Source: Candidatus Eiseniibacteriota bacterium
GTDB taxonomy: Bacteria; Eisenbacteria; RBG-16-71-46
Reading direction: 5' to 3'
NCBI GenBank assembly: GCA_963725865.1
Contig: CAVSAC010000014.1
Coordinates: forward strand, 544,001 to 608,000
DNA length: 64,000 nucleotides
Below are positions 1 to 10,832 of this stretch, piece by piece. Position numbers and translations under genes: made by a program. Numbering within the stretch: position 1 is the first letter of the stretch; each line of letters opens with the position of its first letter. The notes beneath the pieces were generated by a model. It searched no databases. It was not told the origin of the DNA and was given only the letters and a program-made list of their open reading frames with translations.

Positions 1-642
1 GAGGGGATGCCGGATGCGCTTCTCGATGTCCTTGACCGTGATCAGACCCTTGAGCCGTCCCTCGGCGTCCACCACGGGCAGCTTCTCGATGCGGTGCTTC
101 GCGAGGATCGCGCGGGCCTCGACCAGCGTGGTGCCGACCGGCGCGGTGACCAGGCGCTCCTTCGTCATCACCCGCGCGACGCGCTGGGTGGTGTCGTCCT
201 CGAAGCGCAGGTCGCGATTCGTGAGGATGCCGACCAGCCGGCCGTCCTCGGTGATCGGCACGCCCGAGATGTGGAAGCGCGCCATCAACGCGTGGGCCTC
301 GCTCACGGTGGCGGTCGGCGGCAGCGTGATCGGGTCCACGATCATCCCGCTCTCACTGCGCTTGACGCGATCCACCTGCGCGCACTGGTCCGCGATCGAG
401 AGGTTCTTGTGGATCACGCCGATGCCGCCCTCGCGGGCGAGCGCGATCGCGAGCGCGGACTCGGTCACGGTGTCCATCGCGGCGCTGACGATCGGGATGT
501 TGAGTCCGATGCGGCGCGAGAACCGCGTGGCGGTCGAGACCTCGCGCGGATGCACGTCGGAGAAGCGCGGCAGCAGCAGCACGTCGTCGAACGTCAGGGC
601 CTCGTCGCCCACCTTGCGGTCCCAGTCCACACGGTCGTTCAC
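1..642 (-). CDS. guaB: IMP dehydrogenase (5' part, runs off window start)
   Basis: Not in the ORF track. Manual minus-strand translation from GTG at 642 gives [50 protein letters not shown] and the CBS motif ISGVPIT...[10 protein letters not shown]. Confidence 0.97.
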   Translation of the reverse strand, partial: MNDRVDWDRKVGDEALTFDDVLLLPRFSDVHPREVSTATRFSRRIGLNIPIVSAAMDTVTESALAIALAREGGIGVIHKNLSIADQCAQVDRVKRSESGMIVDPITLPPTATVSEAHALMARFHISGVPITEDGRLVGILTNRDLRFEDDTTQRVARVMTKERLVTAPVGTTLVEARAILAKHRIEKLPVVDAEGRLKGLITVKDIEKRIRHPL

Positions 643-700
643 GCCGTTCCATCCTCTCCCAAACGAAGAAGCCGCAGCGTCTCGCGCTGCGGCTCCCGGT

Positions 701-1501
701 TCAGTGTCCCGGCGGCGGCGCCGTGCCGGGGAGCGTCGTCGTCTTCTTGGGCTTGTTCGTGAGGCTGAAGTGGTAGTTGGCGCCGAAGCGCAGCTCGACC
801 ATCCCGAGCGCGCTGTTGTACCCCGAGGGGAAGTCGACGTCGTCCTTCGCCAGCGCGTAGTGGGAGGTCGCCGAGCCCTCGACGCTCACCGCGGGCAGCG
901 ACTTCAGGTAGCGCTCGGCACCCACCTCGCCCGAGATGCCCGGGTAGAGGCCGCGGTGCAGCTTCAGGCTGCTCGGGTCCTTGACCACCTTGCGGTGGTT
1001 CTCGAGCCACACGCGATACACGCCGGAGCCGACCCCCGCGTGGAAGAGCCACGCGCCATGCGCCGAGAGCAGCTGGAGCTGCACGGTCGACGGCAGCAGC
1101 AGCGCGAGGTGATGGTCCTTGGTGCGCTCGGTGGGGTACGCGGGATCGCGGAACGGGACCGGTTCGGTGTTCGTGTACGCCGCCCACGCGAACCCCGGGC
1201 TGACCTGCCAGCGCAGCCACGGACGCATGGTGTAGCGGAACGCGGCGCTGAACGACATGCGCGGCTGGGCGCCGTGCGCGTAGTCATCCGCGGCGTAGAG
1301 GTACGACCCCCCGAGCATGCCGCCGATCGAGCCCGTCCCGGGCGTGGCGCCCATGGGTCGGGCCACCGGCGGGCGCGCGGCCGGCAATTTGACCGAATCG
1401 GGAGCCGCTGGCGGTGGAGTCGCATCCTGCGCCAGACACGCCGACGCGACCGTGAGCAACGCTGCGGCCGCGATGCTCACCCAGACGTAACGCGAGTTCA
1501 T
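701..1501 (-). CDS. Exported protein, probable outer-membrane beta-barrel
   Basis: Signal peptide [24 protein letters not shown], Pro-rich linker, then amphipathic strands ending in [10 protein letters not shown]. Start moved to the ATG at 1501. Confidence 0.65.
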   Translation of the reverse strand: MNSRYVWVSIAAAALLTVASACLAQDATPPPAAPDSVKLPAARPPVARPMGATPGTGSIGGMLGGSYLYAADDYAHGAQPRMSFSAAFRYTMRPWLRWQVSPGFAWAAYTNTEPVPFRDPAYPTERTKDHHLALLLPSTVQLQLLSAHGAWLFHAGVGSGVYRVWLENHRKVVKDPSSLKLHRGLYPGISGEVGAERYLKSLPAVSVEGSATSHYALAKDDVDFPSGYNSALGMVELRFGANYHFSLTNKPKKTTTLPGTAPPPGH

Positions 1502-1565
1502 GCGGTGGAGACTCCCCTTCCGGTAGGGAAGGCAAGAGGGTAGGCCCGGTACGGACGAGGCGCGG

Positions 1566-1594
1566 AGTATAGGAATGGCCTTTCGACCGGTCAA
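1566..1594 (-). promoter_or_regulatory. Sigma70-type promoter for the beta-barrel gene and possibly guaB
   Basis: Minus strand reads TTGACC-N17-TATACT, about 65 nt upstream of the ATG at 1501. Confidence 0.7.
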
Positions 1595-1925
1595 GGCACG
1601 CGGGCCGCGGCCCGCGCGAGCCCGTGCGCGCGTGGGCCGCGCACGCTCCGGCGGCATCGCGCGACGCTCTCCACGGTGGCGTCACGGTGTCGCCGCGGGT
1701 GTCGCGACGCGGGCCGGACGCGCGCCGCCGCCGCCGCTCGGCGGCACGCCGCACGCGCATCACGGAGTGGAACACCGCTTGCGGTGGGTGCTCAGTCCCC
1801 GGCCGGGATCCCGCATCCCCGCTCGCCAGCACCGCCCGCACCCCGGCCTTCCTCTCGACGCAGGCAGTCCTTCCGGGGCCGGCCGCCAACCGGCCCCTGT
1901 CCCGGCCCGCGCAACGCTGGCACGC

Positions 1926-4900
1926 TCAGCGCGCCAGCACCACGCGTCGCTCCGCGCGGAAACGCGCGGAGGGCGCCTCGACTCGCACGAAGTAGATGCC
2001 GGCCGCCGCGTGACCGCCGTGCATGCGGCCGTCCCACGCCAGGCTCACGCGCCCCACGACCGTCGCGAGCGGCCCGGCCGCCAGCGTGGCGACGCGGCGG
2101 CCGGTGATGTCGTAGATCGTGACATCCAGATCCGCCGGCGCGCGACCGGCCGCGTCGGTGGGCGCGACGAATGCGAGCCGCACCGGCTCGCCGCCATGCG
2201 CGGGTACCGGCCACACCACCAGCCCGCCGATCGCCACCTCGATCGCGACCTGGCCGACCGCGGTCTCCTCGCCGAGTCCGCTCAGCGCGCGCAACGCGTA
2301 GGTGCTGCCGGGCACGCCGGTGGCATCGAGGTAGGTCGTCGCCGCGATCGGATCGGGTCCCACGCGTTCGCCGTCGCCGCTCGCGCCCGGCGGGCGGCGG
2401 TACACGCGGTAGCCCGCGATCCCGGCCGGACCGAACGGCGGATCGGTGGCCCAGGCGAGCGCCACGCCGTCGGGCGTCGGGCGGGCGGTGAAACTCACGA
2501 GCGCGACCGCGCGATCGATCGCGAAGGACTCCGACCGCACGGCGCCGGCGAGGCCCGCACGACTCGGCGCGACGCGCACCCGTGCCACGCCTGCCGCGGA
2601 GGGCACGCGGATCGTCGCCTCGGTGGTGTCCGCGCCCCCCACGGCATGCGCGACCTCGGTCCAGCTCACGCCCTCGTCGGTCGACAGCGCGACGTCGGCG
2701 GGCTCGGCGCCGCGCCAGCTCACACGCTGCAGCGAGCCGGCGGGCCAGCGCGCGCCTGCGCGCGGACTCAGCACGCGATAGCGCGCCCAGTCCACCACCC
2801 GCACCATGCCGTCCTCGGGCCCCCCCGTGCTCGCGTGCGGCGCGCCCAGCAGCGCGTCGGCGAGACCGTCCGAGTCGGGCGCGGTCGCGAGCGCGGCGCC
2901 GAGGTGCGCGGCCGGTGCGGTGCCGATCCAGGCGGTGATCACCCGCGCGTCGGGGGCGAGCCCGCCGCGATAGAGTCGCACCGCGCCCTCGCCGGTGGGG
3001 CCCTCGAGCGGGGAGCCCACCAGCAGGTCGTCGAAGCCGTCCCCATCGAGGTCGCCGCCCGCGAGCGACGTTCCGCACCACGCGCCGGGCTCCGTGCCGA
3101 GGATGCTCACATCCGCGTGCGGATCGAAGGTCGCGGCTCCCAGGTAGACCGCGACGCGCCCGGCGTCCACCGCCCCCGCCGCGTCGTACAGCGGCGCCCC
3201 CACCGCCAGGTCGGCGCGGCCGTCGCCGTCCAGGTCGCCCGGGAACGCGACCGTGCTTCCGAACGCGGCACCCGGCTGGTCGCCATCGATGCGCAGCGTG
3301 GGTCGCGTCGCGATGCTCGCGCCGCCGCGAAAGACCTGCACCTCCCCGGAGCCGGCGCCCCCGACCGCCGCGCCCGGCGCGCCCACCACGAGGTCGGCCC
3401 GGCCATCGCCGTCGAGATCGCCGATCGCCACGGCCGCGCCGAAGCGGCTGCCCGACTGCGAGCCGGTGAGCACCGCGTACGGCGCGCTCGGCACCGACCC
3501 GCGGAAGACGTACACGCGGCCGCGACTGGCGAAGATGGTGTCGTCGGGTGCGCCCACCGCGATTTCGGCGCGGCCGTCGCCATCGAGGTCGCCGCAGGCG
3601 ACCGCGGCCCCGAACGAGCCTCCGGCGGCCGGCCACGCCAGCACGGTGGTCGGGGTCGAATCGGGCGGGGTGCCGCCGCGCCAGATCCGCACCGCGCCAG
3701 GCGCGCCATCGTCGCGCGGATCGCCGACCACGAGATCGTCGAAGTGGTCGCCATCCACGTCCGCGCCGGTCGCCAGCGCGGCGCCGAGCCGCGGGCCGGC
3801 GCCGGGCGCGAGGAGCGCGTGCCGGACGCGACCGTCGATAGCGACCCGCAGGAGCCGCGGAGGTGTGGCCGCCGGCTCGGCGACCACCAACAGTTCGGGC
3901 ACGCCATCGTGATCCCAGCCGCCGATCGCGCCCAATCGGGTGCCGAAGCGCTCGCCGGGCGCCGCGCCGCGCAGGGGATCGCGCTCGTCCGCGACCGCGG
4001 CCGCGGGCGGGACCGGCCGCGCGACGCGGATCGGCGCGCGGGTCGAGGTCTGGCTCCACGACTGCGGGAAGAGCCCGGAGCGGCTCAGGCGCACCCGCGC
4101 GTCGAGGGTGGGCGCGTCGGGCACCGTGAGCGTGATCGCGTTCTGCGGGGCACCGCCGACGCCGGTGGCGAGCGGTTCCCAGCTCGCGCCGCCGTCGAGC
4201 GAGAGCGAGACGTCGACGAGCGGAGTTCCGCTCCAGCGGATCGCGCGCTGCTCGCCGACCAGCCACGTCTCGGGCGGTGTCGGCGCGAGCAGATGCGGGC
4301 GCTCGATCGTGTGGACACGCGCCTCGCCGCTGTTGAACGCGACCGAGTCGCGCCCGGGGATGCCGACTGCGAACTCCGAGAAGCCGTCGCCGTCGCGATC
4401 GCCGGCGGACGCCACGCTGACGCCGAGGTTGTCGTTGGCGCCGCGGCCCTCGAGGACGAGCAGCGGCGTGGCGGCCGGCTGTGCGCCGCCCGAATAGAGG
4501 TACGCGCGCCCCACCAACGACTGCGTGCTGGAGGTGCGGTAGGCGCCGACGATCAGATCGTCGACGCCATCGCCGTCGACATCGCCGGCATCCGCGACCG
4601 CGCTGCCGAACAGTCCCGCGGAGACCGGCCCGCTCAGGAGCGTGAACGGCTGCGGGCTCACGACGGCGCCCCCGCGGTAGAGGTACACGCGTCCCGGTCC
4701 GGCGGCGCCGCCCGGCTCGAGCGGCGCGCCGATCGCGAAGTCGTCGTAGCCGTCGCCGTCCTGGTCGCCGAGGCCCGTGACGGCGGTGCCGAAATAGGTC
4801 GGCGGCGTCGTGGGCGAGGGAATGAAGAGGCTGGACGGTCGGGTGCCCGGACCTCCGAAGTACAGGACCACGCACGCGACCGGTGCGGGCGCACCGACGA

Positions 4901-6852
4901 GCAGGTCGTCGTAGCCGTCGCCGTTCACGTCGCCGACCCGCGCCAGCGCGGTACCGAACGACGCGAGCGTGCTCGTGAGCTCGATATCGGGGCGCCCATC
5001 GGGACGGATGCCGCCGAAGTAGATGTTGACGCGCTGGGCCGTCAGGGTGGGGCTGCTGGTGCCGACGGCGATGTCGTCGAAGCCGTCGCCATTGAAGTCC
5101 CCGATGCCGGCCACCGAGGATCCGAAGTTCGCCGTCAGCTCGTTGCTCGGCCGGGCGGCGTAGGACAGCGTGAGGTCCTCGAGCGAATCCGCGTCGGGCC
5201 AGCCGAAGTAGACCGCCGCGCGCCCCACCGGCCCGAAGTTCCCGTAGACGGAGTGCGGGGCACCCACCACGATGTCGGGCGAGCCGTCGCCGTTGAAGTC
5301 GCCGCCGCCGGCCACCGACTGGCCGAACCCCTCCGACGGGAGGTTGTCGAGCACGCGCCGCGGACCGCCGGAGCCGGGCAGCACGTACGCGCGCCCGCGC
5401 GTCAGCCCGCTGAGGTAGTTGTTCGTGGTGGTGACGACAAGGTCCGGGCGCCCGTCCCCGTCGAAGTCCCCGGCTGGGGCCAGCGCGGTGCCGGCCAACT
5501 GACCCTTGGGATTCGCCGTCGAGCACCGCCACGCCGAGCAGGACCGGCGACAGCGCGGCTCCGTCGCCGGCGAGCGTGAATGCGGAGTCGCTGGTGTCGG
5601 CGGCCAGGCCGACGGCGGGCCGGTCGGCGCGGCTCACGCGCATCCGTGCCAGCGGCGAGGCCAGGCTCGGCATCCGCAGCTCGACCTGATTGGAATCCTC
5701 GCCGCCCTGCGCGCCCGCGAGCGGCGTCCAGTGAACTCCATCGTCGAGGCTGATCGCCACGTCGGCGGGCGCGCGACCGAGCCAGCGGACGGCGTGCACG
5801 CTGTCCGCGTGCCACGACTCGCCGCCATTGGGGACCTGCAACCGGTGATGGCGGACCGGGAACGAGCCCGACATCGCCGCGACCGTCGTGTCCGCCGCGG
5901 GACGACCGCTCACCCTCAGCCGCAGCACCGCCGTCGCGCCGCTGCTGTCGGGCAGCGTCACGGTGACCGTGTCGCGCGCGCGCCCGCCGAGCCCGCCGGC
6001 GAGGATCGTCCAGTGCGCTCCGCCGTCGAACGACAGCTCCAGGTCCGCGGGCGCCGCGCCGCGCCAGCGCGCCGTCAGCGGACCGAGCGCGAGCCGGTCG
6101 GTCACCAGCGCACGCGTGGTATCGAAGTCGAAGTAATCGATCGCGGCGGTGGTCGGCGTCTGCGCCTGGTCGACGGCGCGCCCCAGTCCCCACGTCGGGT
6201 GGATGCGCACGCGTGCCGAGTCCGCACGGGCCACGGGGAGCGGCAGGCGAACGCGGTTGGAATCCGCTCCTCCCACGCCGTCGCCGAGCACGAACCAGCT
6301 CTGGCCGCCGTCGGCCGTCATCTCGACGGTCGCGGGGGTCCCGCCGGTCCACTGCAGCTCGAGACTGTCGCCTGCGAACGCGCGCGGGCGCGGCGCGGAT
6401 TGCGGGAACTGGATCGCGTAGCGATGGACGATGACCCGGCGATCGTAGATCACCGAATTCTGCGGCGTCGGCGGCACGCCGCTGGGACTCAGCCGCACCA
6501 GCAGCGAATCGGTGGCGAACGCGGGGACGGGGAACGTTCGCTCCATGAAGGCATCGGCCGGCACGTCCGAGAGCAGCGTGATCCACGTCGCCCCGGTGTC
6601 GGCCGACACCGCGAGGTCGGTGGCGAAGGAGCTGCCCCAGGTCACCGCCGCCCGCGCGCCCGAAGTCCAGTCCCCCGGGACGATGCGGAACAGCAGGAAG
6701 TCGGCGCGAGCCCCAGCGGCCGCCGCCCCGCCTGCGCCGCCCCCGTTCCATGCGGCCGGCGCCGGCCGCCCCGTTGCACGCGCGGCGCCCGTGGCGAGCG
6801 CCATCGCGAGCGCGAGTACCCCGAAGAGACGTGCGCGGAAGACGGGCCTCAT
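1926..6852 (-). CDS. Large secreted FG-GAP (integrin-alpha-like) repeat adhesin with repeated Ig-like/Asp-box modules and C-terminal sorting-type domain; interrupted by a 1-nt frameshift at about 5502-5505
   Basis: ATG at 6852 overlaps the subtilase stop (ATGA) and gives signal peptide MRPVFRARLFGVLALAMALA. The frame is protein-like to LDGESQG and then becomes junk, while the +1 frame continues QLAGTALAPAGDFDGDGRPDL with many GDxDGDGxxDLxVGAP repeats and tail IYDITGRRVATL...WDGR...AGIYFVR. Confidence 0.85.
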
Positions 6853-9800
6853 CGCAGCAGCACGATGCGTGCGAGACCGTGGAACGAGCCGCTCTCGAGG
6901 CGCGCGAAGTAGAGGCCGGGCGGCGTGCTCGCGCCCTGCTCGTCGCGTCCGTCCCACTGCGCCGCGCCGGCGGCGCCGCGGCCGACCGCGATCGTGCGCA
7001 CGACACGACCCGACAGGTCGTACACGCGCACCCGCTGGTCGAGCCCGAGCGCCTCGGGGGCGCCCTGCCAGTAGAGCGTGACCGGCGCCCGTGCGGGATT
7101 CGCCGCCGCCGCCAGCGCCACACCACCGCGAGCGGCGAGCGGCCCGGTGAGCGCGGTCACCACGTTCGAGAGCGGCGAGCGGTTGCCGCGGGCGTCCTCG
7201 GCGCGGAGCGCGAACCACCAGCGCTCGCCGACGGGGAAGCCCCCCAGCACGCGCGACTCGGCGGCGCCGGCGGCGGCACGTGGGTCGATCGACCAGGCTC
7301 GCTCGGCCGCGTCGAAGTTGCCGTCGTCGAGCGGCTCCCGCGCCGCGTGGACCAGGTAGCGCGCCGGGCGGCCGGTCGTGCCGTCGTCGCCGACTGCGGT
7401 CCAGCGGAGCGTCACCGAGGTGTCGTTGCCGGCCGCGACGTGCAGGTCGCGCACCGAGCCGGGCGGCGCGCCCGCGGTGGTGAACGAGACGTCGTTCGAG
7501 AGCGCGCTGGGGTTGCCGCGCGGATCGATCGAGCGCAGCGAAACGTGGTACGTCGTGTTCTCGTCGAGCCCGCTCACCGTGCACTGCTGGGGGGCGCCGG
7601 CGGTGTCCGGCGGCGGCGTTCCCACCATGCTGTCCGCGGAGGCGAACGTGCCCTCGTCGAGCGCGAAGCGCGACCAGCGCACCTGATAGCGCGCGGCGCG
7701 GCCGGTACCACCGCTGTCGCGCGGCGCGGTCCATGCGAGCGTCGCGCCGTGCGCTTCGATCGCGCCCGCCGCGAGGTCCACCACGGCCAGCGGCGCGGCG
7801 TCGTCGAACGGCGGGAAGGCCGGCGCGCCGGTGGTCGCGCCGGTGCGCGCGACGTTGCCGCGCGTGGTCGGCCAGCTGGCACGGTCGGGCCGCCAGGTGG
7901 TGGCCGCGAGGTCGAACACGATCAGGGTCGAATCGAGCCCCGAGCCGGCCAGCACCTCAGTGCGGCCGTCGCCGTCGACGTCGTCGAGCACCGGGAACGC
8001 AGCGGGCTGCCCGGGCTTGTCGAACTTCAGCGCGATGCCGGCCGGCGAGTAGATCGCGTAGAAGGGCTCGACGGTGGGCCCGGCCAGGCTGAGAAACAGA
8101 TCGACCGTGCCCCCCGCGGTCAGCGGTCCGATCAGCGGCTCGGACGAGTTGGTCCCCTGCAGATCGATCAGCGAGGTGCCGGGGAGCAGGTTGAGCGTGG
8201 CGTCCACCACGCGGACGTGGCTGCCCTCGGTGACCACCAGTTCGGGCACGCCGTCGCCATTCACGTCGCCCGCCGCCGGCGGCGAGGCGACCGGCGCGAC
8301 GAGGCTCCGCGAGGTCACCGGGCTGCCGTCGGCCGCCCACGTGCCCAGGTGGATGCCGGCGGCGATCACGACGCGCGGCGGGGCGCTGGGACCGAACCGC
8401 ACCACCAGCGGCGGCATCGGCCCGAGCCACGACTGGATCGGCCAGCCCGGGAGCACCGAGCCGTCGGCGCGGAGCGCGTAGACCGTGCCGCTCGCGAGGG
8501 TCGCGAGGATCTCCAGGCCCGGGCTTTCGTCGAGGTCGCTGAGCGCGATCCCGATCGAGTTGCCGGCCGCCCCCACCGGACGCGGGAAGCCGGGCAGGCG
8601 CGAACCATCGGCCCGCCAGGCGTACACGTTGCCGTCGCCACCGCCCCACACCACCTCGAGCCCGCCATCGCCATCGAGGTCGCCGACCGCGAGCTGGCCG
8701 CCGTTGCCCAGGGCCTGGCGCGTCGCGGCGACCGGCCAGCCGGAACGCGGCGCGAGGTGCTCGTCGTAGGAGGCGATGCGGCCGTCGGCGAGCGGGATGA
8801 ACAGCCCGTCGCCGCGACCGAATCCCAGGTCGGCCGCGGCGATCGCGCCGGCCGGCACTCCCGGGAGCGGGACGCCGGCGAGCGTGTCGCCCACCAGCGG
8901 GTCGACGACGACCAGCCGCGCGTCCTGGGTCGGGAACAGCAGCTTCACCGCTCCACGCTCGGTGCGAACGACCAGTGCCGCGGCCGCGCTGGTCGTGGGC
9001 ACGTGGACGCCGAACGAGGTGGGCGGCTCCGACAGCGCGCGCTGCAGGTTGAGGCGCCCATCGCCATAGAGCGGGATGGTGTTGACCGCCGAGATGTCGT
9101 CGCTGGTCTCGCGCAGTCGCATCTGGATCGTGTAGGGCGAGAGCGGCGGCAGCCCCTGCGCTTGCCGCTGGGTGATGAGCAGCGCCGCCGCCGCCGCGAC
9201 CTGCGGCGCCGCGAAGGAGGTGCCCGATGCGCCCGCGGTGTAGCCGGGCTGGCGCACGCCGACGCTGTCGGTGCCGGGCCGCTTCACGATCGCCGCGAAC
9301 AGGTTCACGCCCGGGGCGGCGAGGTCCACGTAGGACCCGCGGTTCGACCAGGACGGCGAGACGTCCGCTTCGTCGGTGGCGGCGACCGCGATGATCTCGG
9401 GGAAGTACCCGACGTACTGCGGGGAATTCAGGTTGCCGCCCGCCACCACGATGGTCACGCCGGCCCGGCGCGCCTCGTCCACCGCCAGCTCGAGGTCGTA
9501 CTGCGACACGGTGGCGAACGAGCAGTTGATCACCCGCGCCCCGTTGCGGGTCGCGTAGCGGATGGCCTGGGCCGCCGCGGCCATGTCGACCTCGCCGAGC
9601 GCCGCCCCGGGCGAGGTGGAGGCCCAGCCGACCCGCAGCGCCATCATCTGGGTGTGCCAGAGCACGCCGGTCAGCCCGATGCCGTTGTCGCCGATCGCGC
9701 CGACGACCGACGCGACCGCGGTGCCGTGGCCGGCGAAGTCGTTCGGGTCGTTGTCCTGGTCGCGCCAGTCCTCGCCCGCCAGCGCGTAGCTGGCCGACGG

Positions 9801-10535
9801 CAGGTGGATGAAGTCCCAGCCCCACAGGTCGTCGATGTATCCGTTGCCGTCGTCGTCGATGCCGGGAATGCCGTCGCGCTCGGCGGGGTTGATCCACAGG
9901 TTGCCCGCGCTCCCATCCGCGCCGCCGAGATCCGGGTGGTACGGGATGATGCCGGTGTCGAGGATCGCGATCGGCACGCCGGGGTCGCCGGTGGACAGGT
10001 TCCAGGCCTCGGGCGCGTGGATGTCGCGTCGCGACGCCTGCAGCAGGTTCCACTCCACGCCGAACAGCGAGTCGTTCGGCAGCGCGGTCACCGCACAGAT
10101 GGCGACCGGGGACACCTCCGCGACCTCCGGCAACGCCGCGAACGCGTCGAGCGCGCTCGTGAGCTCGGCGGCGGGCCCCAGCCGGACCAGCCAGCACGAC
10201 GAGAGATCGCGCGCGTCGTCGACCGGTGTCGGCTCGGCGGGGAACTCGGGCTCCAGGACGGCCCCGAGGCGCTGCGCGGTGGCGTCGAGCGCCACCAGCC
10301 CGATGTGGGTGCGGCCCCCGCGGGTGGCCGTGAGCGGCCGCGTGGCGCGCGCGGCGCCGGGTCGCAGGCGGACCAGGAGGCGATCGCCCAGGTACGCCGG
10401 CGCGGGCACGTCGAGGTGCGCGGCGTCGCGGATGGGCAGGTCGAGGCTGCGGGCGAAGGTCGCGGACGGTGTCAGGACCAGCGATAGCGCGAGCAGCGGG
10501 GCAGCGTAGGCGAGTCGGCCGGCGGATGCAGGCAT
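6849..10535 (-). CDS. Secreted S8 subtilisin-like serine protease with VCBS/FG-GAP repeats, two Fn3-like domains and C-terminal sorting-type domain
   Basis: Catalytic triad motifs IAILDTG, AGHGTAVA and SGTSFAAP; GDLDGDG repeats; LAWTAP/LRWTAVGDD Fn3-like domains; tail VYDLSGRVVRT...WDGRD...PGLYFAR. Start set at MPASAG (10535). Confidence 0.92.
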   Translation of the reverse strand: MPASAGRLAYAAPLLALSLVLTPSATFARSLDLPIRDAAHLDVPAPAYLGDRLLVRLRPGAARATRPLTATRGGRTHIGLVALDATAQRLGAVLEPEFPAEPTPVDDARDLSSCWLVRLGPAAELTSALDAFAALPEVAEVSPVAICAVTALPNDSLFGVEWNLLQASRRDIHAPEAWNLSTGDPGVPIAILDTGIIPYHPDLGGADGSAGNLWINPAERDGIPGIDDDGNGYIDDLWGWDFIHLPSASYALAGEDWRDQDNDPNDFAGHGTAVASVVGAIGDNGIGLTGVLWHTQMMALRVGWASTSPGAALGEVDMAAAAQAIRYATRNGARVINCSFATVSQYDLELAVDEARRAGVTIVVAGGNLNSPQYVGYFPEIIAVAATDEADVSPSWSNRGSYVDLAAPGVNLFAAIVKRPGTDSVGVRQPGYTAGASGTSFAAPQVAAAAALLITQRQAQGLPPLSPYTIQMRLRETSDDISAVNTIPLYGDGRLNLQRALSEPPTSFGVHVPTTSAAAALVVRTERGAVKLLFPTQDARLVVVDPLVGDTLAGVPLPGVPAGAIAAADLGFGRGDGLFIPLADGRIASYDEHLAPRSGWPVAATRQALGNGGQLAVGDLDGDGGLEVVWGGGDGNVYAWRADGSRLPGFPRPVGAAGNSIGIALSDLDESPGLEILATLASGTVYALRADGSVLPGWPIQSWLGPMPPLVVRFGPSAPPRVVIAAGIHLGTWAADGSPVTSRSLVAPVASPPAAGDVNGDGVPELVVTEGSHVRVVDATLNLLPGTSLIDLQGTNSSEPLIGPLTAGGTVDLFLSLAGPTVEPFYAIYSPAGIALKFDKPGQPAAFPVLDDVDGDGRTEVLAGSGLDSTLIVFDLAATTWRPDRASWPTTRGNVARTGATTGAPAFPPFDDAAPLAVVDLAAGAIEAHGATLAWTAPRDSGGTGRAARYQVRWSRFALDEGTFASADSMVGTPPPDTAGAPQQCTVSGLDENTTYHVSLRSIDPRGNPSALSNDVSFTTAGAPPGSVRDLHVAAGNDTSVTLRWTAVGDDGTTGRPARYLVHAAREPLDDGNFDAAERAWSIDPRAAAGAAESRVLGGFPVGERWWFALRAEDARGNRSPLSNVVTALTGPLAARGGVALAAAANPARAPVTLYWQGAPEALGLDQRVRVYDLSGRVVRTIAVGRGAAGAAQWDGRDEQGASTPPGLYFARLESGSFHGLARIVLLR

Positions 10536-10586
10536 GGGTGCCACACGATTCCTGATGGGTGAGCCCCGGTCGCTCGCAACCCGAGC

Positions 10587-10616
10587 AGCGTAGCGGCGGG
10601 ATTCGACGGGGGTCAA
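10587..10616 (-). promoter_or_regulatory. Putative sigma70 promoter of the subtilase-adhesin operon
   Basis: Minus strand TTGACC-N18-TACGCT. Confidence 0.45.
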
Positions 10617-10715
10617 GGACTCGTCACGGATGGCGGACAGGGAATGAACCCCCACCCGCGCCCCGTGGTTCCCCGCGCCCACGCCGAGGCGCGGCGCCGC
10701 GAAGGGCTCCGCGCG

Positions 10716-10745
10716 TTGACACCCTGCGAGAGCGCCTCTTACACT
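10716..10745 (+). promoter_or_regulatory. Putative sigma70 promoter of secD
   Basis: TTGACA-N18-TACACT, about 88 nt upstream of the secD start. Confidence 0.6.
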
Positions 10746-10832
10746 CCATCGCCTTGCCGCTCGTAGACGCCGTGTCGGCTCAGGGTCCAAACCCCTGCAG
10801 CTCACCCGGTCGTGACTGTCATGGGGGGACCG

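Noticed and set aside
1600..1925. GC-rich intergenic hairpins as SRP RNA or a riboswitch
   Set aside because: CCGGAAGG appears on the minus strand but the SRP flanking motif does not match; no riboswitch consensus recognised.
1792..7734. 1980-aa minus-strand ORF as one gene
   Set aside because: Only 6852 to about 5503 is protein-like; the rest is off-frame overlap with the subtilase and FG-GAP coding regions.
1575..10487. Very long plus-strand ORFs (1334 aa at 1575-5579, 1245 aa at 6750-10487) and similar antisense ORFs across the window
   Set aside because: Arg/Ala/Gly-rich shadow frames opposite well-supported genes; expected at this GC content because stop codons are rare.
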